Assembly (NCBI GenBank): GCA_963733675.1
Contig: CAVTET010000003.1
Span: 352,001 to 416,000 of the forward strand
Source: an uncultured Methanosarcinaceae archaeon
GTDB taxonomy: Archaea; Halobacteriota; Methanosarcinia; Methanosarcinales; Methanosarcinaceae
Length of the DNA stretch: 64,000 bases
Reading direction: 5' to 3'
The notes under the pieces were generated by a model, which saw only the letters and a list, made by a program, of their open reading frames with translations, did not search any database and was not told the origin of the DNA. The position numbers and the translations under genes are program-made. Positions 54,982 through 64,000 of this stretch are shown here, in pieces (position 1 is the stretch's first letter; each line of letters starts with the position of its first letter).

Positions 54982-56958
54982 ATGCAGGATATTGGAACAT
55001 ATATTAAAAAATTAAAGACTTCAATTATTGGAGCACCACGTAATCCATTAGATTCGAATATATTTCATAAAATTTCTTTGATATCACTTTTTGCGTGGGT
55101 TGGTCTAGGATCTGATGCAATGTCTTCCTCATCATATGGTCCTCCAGAAGCATATCTGGCATTAGGAGGGCATATTTATCTTGCCATATTTGTTGCGATG
55201 GGCATTATATTGACAATCTTTGTAATTAGTACGAGTTATTCGCAAATAGTTGAGTTATTTCCTACTGGCGGTGGTGGATATTTAGTTGCAAGCAAATTGC
55301 TATCGCCGTCTCTTGGAATGCTTTCTGGTTGTGCACTCCTGATAGACTATGTACTTACAATTTCCATTTCAATAGCAAGTGGTGTAGAAGCCGTACTAAG
55401 CTTCCTACCTGTAAATTGGCAAACAACTAAATTGTGGTTCGCTTTTTCTGTGATCCTGATACTTATATTATTGAATTTGAGAGGGATAAAGGAATCAGTT
55501 ATAGTTTTAATACCAATATTTGCACTTTTTGCAATTACCCATGTTATATTAATAATATATGCATTTTCTACCCATTTAGCGAACGTACCAACAGTGATGA
55601 ATAATACCGTCACCGATGTCCACGATGTAACATCTGGAATAGGGATTACGGGGTTGCTTTTTATTATTCTGCATTCATATAGCATGGGAGCTGGGACATA
55701 TACTGGAATCGAGGCCGTAAGTAACGCAGTACCAGTAATGAGAGAACCAAAAGTGAAGACAGCAAAGAGAACCATGCGTCTTATGGCGATTTCACTGGCA
55801 TTCATGGCAGCAGGACTGATGTTTGCTTATGTACTTTACAATGTCGTCCATGAACCTGGCAAAACTTTGAATGCCACCCTATTTGAAAATGTGACAAAGT
55901 CTTGGGGAACTCTGGGTAACTATTTTGTAATAGCAACTCTCATCTCAGAAGCAGGACTATTATTTGTAGCGTCACAGACTGGATTTATAGATGGTCCCCG
56001 CGTACTGGCAAATATGGCTCTAGACAGATGGGTTCCGACTAAATTCGCAACTCTAAGTGATAGATTTGTGACTCAAAATGGCATATTGATAATGGGCATT
56101 TCAGCGTTAATTATGGTTTTCCTTACTCAGGGATCAGTTGAACACTTGGTAGTCTTTTACAGTATAGCAGTTTTCATAACTTTTTTTCTATCCCAAGCCG
56201 GAATGGTTCGCCATTGGTGGGAATCTAAAATGGAGGTCAAAGATTGGGGGAAAAAATTTTTCATCAACGGTATGGGACTGGTAATGACTGTTTTGATATT
56301 AATATCAGTGATACTGGTTAAGTTCCATGAAGGTGGATGGGTGACATTGCTTATTATCTCAGTCTTTGCTGGAGTTGTTCTTATCATAAGACACCATTAT
56401 GACTATGCTTCAGGACTTATTAAAGAGCTGAATGCCACAATCATCAATTATACAGAATTTGCGGATCTAATTAAAAATGATACACCTGATAAAATTGACC
56501 TGCAAGATAAGACTGCTGTATTGCTTGTAAATGGTTTTAATGGTTTGGGAATCCATACACTGCACAATATATTCAAATTATTTGGTGGAATCTACAAAAA
56601 TTTTGTATTTGTACAAATTGGAGTAATTGATGCTGGAGTGTTTAAAGGAGTAGAAGAAATTAAAGGACTTCAGGACGAGGTAAATAAGGATATACATAAA
56701 TATGTAGGATTAGTTTCATCATATGGTTATTATGCCGAAAGTTTTACTTCAATAGGTACTGATGTTGTTGATGAAATTACAAAGCTGGCACCAGATATCT
56801 TAATGAAGTTTCCTAATTCGGTATTCTTTGGTGGACAGATTGTCTTTCCTAATGAATCGTTACTCTCAAGATGGCTCCATAACTATACTGTCTTCTCATC
56901 ACAGAGAAAGCTATATGCGGAAGGCATTCCTTTTGTAGTTTTGCCAATCAAGGTGTAG
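54982..56958 (+). CDS. APC-superfamily transporter, KimA/YdaO-like (potassium or amino acid permease)
   Basis: GLGSDAMSSSSYG, GGGGY.VA, LL.DYVLT, NLRG.KES, TGIEAVSN, GPR..MA.DR..P; about 12 TM plus a cytoplasmic domain; ORF open from 54964. Confidence 0.88.
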   Translation: MQDIGTYIKKLKTSIIGAPRNPLDSNIFHKISLISLFAWVGLGSDAMSSSSYGPPEAYLALGGHIYLAIFVAMGIILTIFVISTSYSQIVELFPTGGGGYLVASKLLSPSLGMLSGCALLIDYVLTISISIASGVEAVLSFLPVNWQTTKLWFAFSVILILILLNLRGIKESVIVLIPIFALFAITHVILIIYAFSTHLANVPTVMNNTVTDVHDVTSGIGITGLLFIILHSYSMGAGTYTGIEAVSNAVPVMREPKVKTAKRTMRLMAISLAFMAAGLMFAYVLYNVVHEPGKTLNATLFENVTKSWGTLGNYFVIATLISEAGLLFVASQTGFIDGPRVLANMALDRWVPTKFATLSDRFVTQNGILIMGISALIMVFLTQGSVEHLVVFYSIAVFITFFLSQAGMVRHWWESKMEVKDWGKKFFINGMGLVMTVLILISVILVKFHEGGWVTLLIISVFAGVVLIIRHHYDYASGLIKELNATIINYTEFADLIKNDTPDKIDLQDKTAVLLVNGFNGLGIHTLHNIFKLFGGIYKNFVFVQIGVIDAGVFKGVEEIKGLQDEVNKDIHKYVGLVSSYGYYAESFTSIGTDVVDEITKLAPDILMKFPNSVFFGGQIVFPNESLLSRWLHNYTVFSSQRKLYAEGIPFVVLPIKV

Positions 56959-58695
56959 AATAAATTTTGAAGACTGAAGTCACGTACTTGAGGATCAAAA
57001 TCAAGTACAATAAAACCTTTGTTTTAAATTTAGAACTTAGACATTAGAAGGTTTAAATGTTTTTGATTTTTCAATTTGGCTATATATGTCCTAAAATTTA
57101 GTTGTCATATGGAATAATTTTGTTAAAATAGAAGTTGTTCTATAAGCATCCAAAAAATGTACTTAATAATAAAAAAGAAAATATTAAGTGGATTTCTGAA
57201 ACTAATATATACACTATTGAAACTATATAAATATTTGAGCCACTTTAGTAGTTTATTTATCAATTTTGAAAAAAACGAATATTACCCAAATATTTGAGAA
57301 AATGCAAAGAGATTCTTATGCTAACCATTTTCAGTAACTTGTGGCCACGGTATAAAAGGTAAGATTGAAAAAATTAATGTAGCTTTGAAGGAAGACTCGA
57401 AAATTAGGAATTCTACCTATGGGCAAGACTGGCAGAATTAAGAGAACCACAATGAAAAATTGAGGAAAGAACTTAATAAAACCAGCCTAGCTAGATCGAA
57501 TTTTGAAGCCATTCTTTTCTATAATGACAAAATTTTATAGACTATATTTATCCTTTACAAGAATACATTATTCCTCTTACTTTTTAGATTGTGTATTTTT
57601 ACCCTAGCTGTAGCAAGGATATTGAGAATAACAATTTTCTTTAGATATCATACCCGATCAAATGAATAAGATATTATTTTCATATAGAGTATAGAAATAC
57701 AATAGTGTAAGGCTTAAAATTTAATTTTATAGATTATTTCGCATGGTTAATATGCATGGTTTTTACAAGGAAACACTCAAAGGAAAGTGTTGATTCTCAG
57801 GATTTATGTTGAAAGTTTGAGATGTGGACAGATTAATTACAATTCATTCTTCTTCATTTGTATCCGGTTAAGGAGTCTGTCAACTTTAAAATATATACTT
57901 CAATATTCTATTAATTTTAATTTATATTTATGAGTTTACAAAAAAGAGAAAGTAATACATTTCTTACGGATTATGTCTTTACCGAATATAAATGGAATTA
58001 ATTGAAATACAGAAGATTTTGAATTTACTTCTAGTTCTTTTCTCCGCAGGAATCCTGTATAATGAATCACATTTTTAATGTGTTCAAGTAAGTTCTTGAG
58101 AACGAAGTGCTTGGCTCCCGATTAATCGATATATGAACTAAAAATATATTCAAAAAATCACAAAACAATATCATAGAGACTATGCATAATTTTATTCAGA
58201 ACTCTACAATATTAAGTTATCTAGAGGGGTTTATAAAATGGGATCAAGATGTATTGATGAAATTTTTTCTTATGAACTATTGAGAGAGAATTAAAAATCA
58301 TATGAATGTTAATTCTGAAATATACAAAATAGGAAATACTGTAAGTTATATCATTGTTATTATAACTGCGACTAACTTATTTAAAAACTATTGTTCTAAC
58401 TCTCTCAATAAAAATCAACACTTCATATTATGAGAAAAATGCATTTTATGGTCAAATACCAAAATTTCTTCACCAATCTTAAATTTAGATATAAATTGCG
58501 TATAGTACGAAAAATACTGAAAAAAAGAAATACTGGAACAATTTTCCCTTGTCTTTTCATCATTTTTAACGTTTATAGAATTTCGGGTGGATTAAGTATA
58601 AGTGATTGCGTTTGAAACCATAATTGATTTAAGGAAGTGAAAATTATTCATTCGTTTACTATACTTATATATATTATATCCACACTCAATTATCG

Positions 58696-59388
58696 ATGAC
58701 GTTTATGGAGCCCATCATTCCTGAAGCTGAACGTTCTCCAGAACCTCTTGATACTGATAAAATAATTTATCACCCGGATATGTTAAGGGCCAACGACTGG
58801 ATTCTGAAAGAGTATGAAGCCCCTTCCAAAAAACTATGTGTTTTCGTTCCCTGCTCAAAAAAAAAACCCTATCATGAAAGTCCCTCTCACAAAAAGTTCG
58901 ATCGAGTAATCTTCGATATCGCAAAACTTGAGGATGTGCATATTGTCACCTTTGGAACCTGCGGTATTACTCCCAGGGAACTTGATACGCAATACCCTTT
59001 CATGCATTACAGTTTCATGATGGGAAAATGCAATGTGGTGCGGATTAAGAAAGATTTCATAAAATTGGAGAGCGAAAGAATTGCCGCTTATCTTGAAAAA
59101 ACTAGAAGGAACTACACTCACAGGATAGCTTACTGTATAGGAGATTTCCGGACTGCAATGGAAAAAGCTTTGAAAATAATCGACATACAAGTAAATATCG
59201 TTCCCAGGGAGACTACAATTCAGAAAATGCTCCAACCCTCTAAATCTTTCATTTTTAATAGTCTCTCCTGTAAAGAGTACTTGCAGGATCTGTCAGATTC
59301 AATTACCGACGCTCTTAAGCTTCCCAGAAGGACAGTAGGTATCAAGGAAAATCTTTCGGTCGATGATACCGACTGGTACATCATCTAA
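58696..59388 (+). CDS. DUF5591-domain protein (related to an archaeosine synthase domain)
   Basis: FVPCSKKKPY.ESPSH and G..PREL...YPF.HY motifs. Confidence 0.75.
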   Translation: MTFMEPIIPEAERSPEPLDTDKIIYHPDMLRANDWILKEYEAPSKKLCVFVPCSKKKPYHESPSHKKFDRVIFDIAKLEDVHIVTFGTCGITPRELDTQYPFMHYSFMMGKCNVVRIKKDFIKLESERIAAYLEKTRRNYTHRIAYCIGDFRTAMEKALKIIDIQVNIVPRETTIQKMLQPSKSFIFNSLSCKEYLQDLSDSITDALKLPRRTVGIKENLSVDDTDWYII

Positions 59389-59477
59389 AATTGCTGGAAA
59401 GGTGGTATTTCTTTATTATCCTTCTCAAATATCCGTAAAAAGAAGAAAGGCTTATTGTAAGAAGATAGCAACATCAA

Positions 59478-59852
59478 TCAAGTGTCTTCTATTTCTAAAT
59501 TTTTCCCCACAGAAAGCATAAGTTCTCCATAAAGTAATTTTTCCAATGTTTCAGCTACATACTTCCTTTGCTGATATTTCTGAAGATCCTCATGCATCCT
59601 AAGGTCGGAATCTACCTGAACTCGCAAGAGAGCAAAATGAAAAGCGTTTTCATTTTTTATATTTGCGTTGTAGAAGGTATCCAGTAGAGAAGGTAGTTTG
59701 AGTGGATCCTCTATAACCTCACTTAAAAGCAGCATCTCTTCTGGAATATCTTCACAATTTAGAGAGATATCTTTTTTTCCTGTTATAAGTTGTAAGTTTT
59801 TTCCAGAGTACTTTTTCTCAAGGATTATAATTTCGTCAATTATGCTTCCCAC
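59478..59852 (-). CDS. Hypothetical protein
   Basis: 124-aa ORF with GTG start and protein-like composition. Confidence 0.7.
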   Translation of the reverse strand: MGSIIDEIIILEKKYSGKNLQLITGKKDISLNCEDIPEEMLLLSEVIEDPLKLPSLLDTFYNANIKNENAFHFALLRVQVDSDLRMHEDLQKYQQRKYVAETLEKLLYGELMLSVGKNLEIEDT

Positions 59853-59983
59853 CTCATGTAAAAATTAAATTTCAGGTCTTTGAAAAGCTTTTCTACATTC
59901 TCAGATAAAATTATATGAACAATGGACATTTCGGGTAAAAAGGAATGGAAAGATATTATAACAGCATTTCTTTAACAATAAAT

Positions 59984-60262
59984 TAGTAAGTATCGTCTTC
60001 TTCAAGGTCATGGACATGAGAGTTTCTGCCACTTTTTCATTCACACAAATGATTTCATCTTCATGGATTATTTCAATCAGAGAATCATCAACACTTGCAA
60101 TGGGGATGCTTCAGCTTTTGAGTTACCCCTGATAACTGCCCTGCCGTCCACGTGCTGCAGGGCCCCGGGAGCATAACGCACAGTTATTCCCTGGAATTCT
60201 AACTCATCATCATCGGCAATGTCTAATAGCTTTTGATTATGCTTTAGGAATTTTTCACATTA
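59984..60262 (-). pseudogene. Frameshifted relic of an unknown gene
   Basis: LLDIADDDELEFQGITVRYAPGALQHVDGRAVIRG / SIPIASVDDSLIEIIHEDEIICV / SHVHDLEEDDTY* across frames; GC above background. Confidence 0.4.
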
Positions 60263-61660
60263 AGGGATATTTTTTCAAGTATTTTTATGTTGTCATTTTT
60301 TTTGTCCCGCACACCTCTCTATCTAATATATAGAATTTTTTTCCTTTATAAATGCTATAATCAAATTTTAGATATCCCACAATTGTAGAAATCAGTGAAG
60401 AAAAAGATAATGCAATAGCTGTTTTTTTCCAGATTGTGATATGGGCCATTGAAATTACCTGAATACTTCTATGAGAATCTTATAAGTGAATTTTAGCATA
60501 ATTTGATTGTACTTTTTTCCTATAAGTATCCTAGCATCCATTTTATGGATCACTTTCACAGCATTAGGTTATTGTATCGTGGGCAATTAGTTCAGCAGCT
60601 GAGCCTTCTTCGACCACAAAATGCATCTCGATTTTTGAAGCCCATCTTTTGAATCGCTTCGAAGCAGAGATGCACAGTAGTTTAATCTTCGACCTTTTCA
60701 TAATAACCATTTTTTATTCCCAGTTCCTTTTGCATTAAGAAGTTTGTTTCCGCCTTCCACATAGTTGCAAGCTTATGTTTATAGGGGACTGCGGCATCCA
60801 CCTTTACTGTCTTATAGGTTGCAGAGATGCCTTTCGATTATTTGGAAGATACTTTTTATTCTATTCTGGCTTTTATATTTCAACTCAAAATCATGTAAAA
60901 TAATCAAATTTATGGTGGCATACCCCACTAAAGCAACTAGATATGTTCGCGCAACTTCTCTGAATTGAAAGAAATTATCCAAAATCTATGGCTTATTTGC
61001 TTATATGCTTCTTCTCATTCCTGATTTTCCTAATTTTCAATATAGTTTTTAAATATATCGAAAATTGTACCAGTACCCACAGATCCAGTGTAGTCTCCTT
61101 CACGCCATAATTCTATTTTATGGTACAAAAGTATCCTAAAATATAACTCAGTTGTTAATAACGATTCTCGGGGAATTTTACATCCCTGCAGCAAGATACT
61201 GGGTGTTTGACTGAAATAAATTATTTATTAATTATTTGACGAAATTTAATCTAGTCAGAAATAGGGTGTTTTGCTCCAGATTAATAGAGATATCAGCTTA
61301 AAAATTTCACACAAAAAATCACAAAACCGTATAGTGAAAATTTACATAATTTATACTTCAGAACTCTACAATATTGAATTTTCTAGAAGCGGTTGCAAAA
61401 AAATGAAATTAAGATATCTGGATGAATTTTTTTATTAACTATTTTGTAAAAATTGAGAATTAATAAAAGTTATAATTCAAACTACAGCAAATTGGAACTA
61501 TTAAAATTTTTGACATTCTTCTACGAAGAAGATGAACATATCAAAAGTGAAAAGAAAACAAAGGAGGAAAAAGTGAAGAAAATGTAGGTAGATGAAAGTA
61601 AAGGAAAAGTCGGAAAGAAAAGCCAAAAAAAGTATCACTTTTTAGGGACCCTTATTAGTA

Positions 61661-62773
61661 TCAGAGTACTTCACCCATGATACTTAGAGCTTTTTCAATA
61701 GCTTTCGTTGAAGCTGAATAAGAAATTCTCATATAGCCGTCACCCTCGCTTCCGAAGGCTGTCCCTGGAACGACTATAACACCGTTTGAAATCAATTTAG
61801 AGACAACTGCTGCAGAATCTAAAATTTTTGGGAAGGCATAGAAAGCTCCTTTGGGAAAAGCACACTCCATCCCTAGCTCATTTATTCCCTTCACAAGAAC
61901 ATCTCTGCGCTTTCGGAATTCTTCTCTCATTGCATCGACTGAATCTTTGGGTCCAACCACTGCAGCATAAGCAGCTTTCTGAGCTACTGAATTGGCGCAT
62001 GCCTGCATATACTGGTGTACTTTGAGCATCTGGCTGATATACTCAGCTCTACCTGCCACATATCCTAGTCTCCAGCCAGTCATAGCATAGCTCTTAGAGG
62101 TAGCGTTTACAGTAATTACATTGTCCGAGTAGCTGGCAGGGCTTACATGCTCTCCTTCGTAGATAAAGTACTCATAGACCTCGTCTGAGATGAGAGTAAT
62201 ATTGTGATCCTCTGCAATCTCTGCAAGGGCTTTGATATCTGCCCTGCTTGCGACTGCACCTGTGGGGTTTGAAGGAGAATTGAGGATAAGAACTCTGGTT
62301 TTCGGTGTAATTTTTTCAAGCACTGTGTCAGGCTTCATAGTAAAGTCTTCTTCTAGAGGGACGCCTATTGCCTTACCATTTAGGATCTCGGTAAGTGCGT
62401 TATATGAAACGAATCCTGGATTTGCGATAAGTACTTCATCCCCTGGGTTGAGGAGGGCTGCAAGGGCAATGGAAAGAGCTTCCGATGCTCCAGAAGTGAC
62501 AATTATTTCTTGTGGGGAAACACAAAAGCCATTTTCGTCCTTGAATTTTGAGCTCAGAGCCTCTCTAAGTTCCGGAATTCCAGCCCCTACTGTATAACCA
62601 GTAAATCCCTCGTTTATGGCTTTTATTGCCGCTGCCTTAATATGCTCAGGGGTATCAAAATCCGGCTGCCCTAGACCAAGGTTAATGGAGCGCGATCCTG
62701 CTGCTTCAAAAATTTTTCTAATTCCAGAAGTGTCTATTCTTGCTACATTTTTTGAAAACTTTATCTCCTTCAA
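61661..62773 (-). CDS. Class I PLP-dependent (aspartate-type) aminotransferase
   Basis: LGLGQPDF, NSPSNPTG, SDEVY, SKSYAMTGWRLGY, GAFY, VPG.AFG..G..Y.R.SY. Confidence 0.95.
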   Translation of the reverse strand: MKEIKFSKNVARIDTSGIRKIFEAAGSRSINLGLGQPDFDTPEHIKAAAIKAINEGFTGYTVGAGIPELREALSSKFKDENGFCVSPQEIIVTSGASEALSIALAALLNPGDEVLIANPGFVSYNALTEILNGKAIGVPLEEDFTMKPDTVLEKITPKTRVLILNSPSNPTGAVASRADIKALAEIAEDHNITLISDEVYEYFIYEGEHVSPASYSDNVITVNATSKSYAMTGWRLGYVAGRAEYISQMLKVHQYMQACANSVAQKAAYAAVVGPKDSVDAMREEFRKRRDVLVKGINELGMECAFPKGAFYAFPKILDSAAVVSKLISNGVIVVPGTAFGSEGDGYMRISYSASTKAIEKALSIMGEVL

Positions 62774-62844
62774 ACTGAACTCTCCTGTATCCCGTAATTC
62801 GCTACTCCTGAAATATCTCCTTTTTTTCTGCAGATTTTAAGACT

Positions 62845-63459
62845 CTATTCGATGTTCGTGTGCCTTGATTTAAGTTCGGCTTCTGAAGCGCCGGTTAGCA
62901 TAATCAGCTGGCCAACAACAGAATCCAAGAAAACAAGTGAAGTAATCTCGAAAGAAGTTCCCAAAGGAGGCATGTTTTTGTAGTCACCACGCATGTGTCT
63001 TTCAAGGTAGCCGGCTTCATCAGGGTCATTTTTCTTTTTGCTTGGAATGATCACAGCAATATCAGAAATTTTACCCAGTGTAGAATCTTTTTTAGAAGTA
63101 ATCGTTATAAGGGTTGAGCCGATATCTTTTGCTAATTTTCCAAGGTCAACTATAGTACGGGTTTCTCCTGACCCAGAAATAGCAATCACAATGTCCTGCG
63201 GTACAACAGCAGGGGTTGTTGTTTCACCAACCACATATACACTAAGTCCAAGATGCATGAGCCGCATAGCAAATGCTTTGGCAACAAGTCCCGATCTTCC
63301 GGCTCCCATTACAAAAACTTGATGGCCGTCAATTATTTTTTGGAGCATCGCCTTTATGGCTTCCCTATCTAGTTTATCAATTACTTCTTCTATATTTTCT
63401 ATGATCAGTCTCATTGATGATAATACTTCTTCACAGTCATTTACCTTAATTTTTTTCAT
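62845..63459 (-). CDS. hxlB: 6-phospho-3-hexuloisomerase (RuMP pathway)
   Basis: GAGRSGLV.KAFAMRLMHLG, ISGSGET, PLGT.FE, RHTNIE. Confidence 0.95.
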   Translation of the reverse strand: MKKIKVNDCEEVLSSMRLIIENIEEVIDKLDREAIKAMLQKIIDGHQVFVMGAGRSGLVAKAFAMRLMHLGLSVYVVGETTTPAVVPQDIVIAISGSGETRTIVDLGKLAKDIGSTLITITSKKDSTLGKISDIAVIIPSKKKNDPDEAGYLERHMRGDYKNMPPLGTSFEITSLVFLDSVVGQLIMLTGASEAELKSRHTNIE

Positions 63460-63844
63460 ATGAGTTCTCCATAGAACATTGGGTTAAAAACCTGATTTAT
63501 ATAAGAATGATTTAATTAGAGCTTAATCTACCTGTCTGTATCAATGATGTATAGCACCACTGAAACTCTTTTTCTATAACCTGGTTCATTTTTATGTAAA
63601 ATTAATATGGACTTTCAGCTCACTTTCGGAAGCTGTACACAAGAATTACATATATTTTTACTAATATAACAATAACTTGTAAATTATCTACTATTAATGA
63701 AAATAATGGACACATAGGCAAACAAATGCTAGATCTGAGTGGATCCACAGAATTTCTGTTCCAAGGCAAAATCCTGGAATTTTCTTTTCATCTAATGGCA
63801 TGCCAACAAGTTGTCTTCTTTATCGATTTGTTTGTGATTCAGTT

Positions 63845-64000
63845 TTATAATTTATACATTTCAGTTCCCAGTTCTCTATATTGTTTTTTAATTCTTGGTA
63901 GAGCCTCTGAATATCACAGTCACTACCGTTCCAGTAAAAATCCTGACGTACGTCTCCCTTTTTGAGTTCTTCAAGTACAAATTTAGACATATGGAAGAGA
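63845..64000 (-). CDS. 3' end of an unidentified gene running off the window
   Basis: Open frame LFHMSKFVLEELKKGDVRQDFYWNG...EMYKL*. Confidence 0.4.

Overview
AT-rich archaeal window, most consistent with a Methanosarcina-like methanogen. Evidence: Cam-type gamma carbonic anhydrase, PKD/PGF-pre-PGF surface protein, a possible A1A0-ATPase subunit H fragment, phi/hxlB, and BRE/TATA-like promoters. Intact-looking genes: feoB with a DtxR-FeoA regulator, cbiMN, an OYE-XRE/cupin-thioesterase cluster, pirin, HAD hydrolase, ACT-V4R protein, AAA_14-DUF4143 ATPase, APC/KimA-like transporter, DUF5591 protein, class I aminotransferase, phi. Between them is a heavily decayed accessory region with more than 12 pseudogenes or relics, three same-orientation IS6 copies, IS5/ISAs1/IS605 remnants and five 87-89 bp MITEs. 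Most unusual: (1) a 567-aa secreted protein with propeller-like repeats, a Trp/Gly duplication and a 19x basic decapeptide tail, apparently one of several low-complexity proteins with similar signal peptides; (2) a ~300-bp nested palindrome with 5+5 helically phased GGGAA sites between convergent genes; (3) a three-copy ~270-bp non-coding element shaped like a promoter-sRNA-terminator unit; (4) a possibly circularly permuted DUF2341-like protein. No CRISPR array, rRNA or tRNA was seen. All family calls come from motifs recognised by eye, not from database searches.
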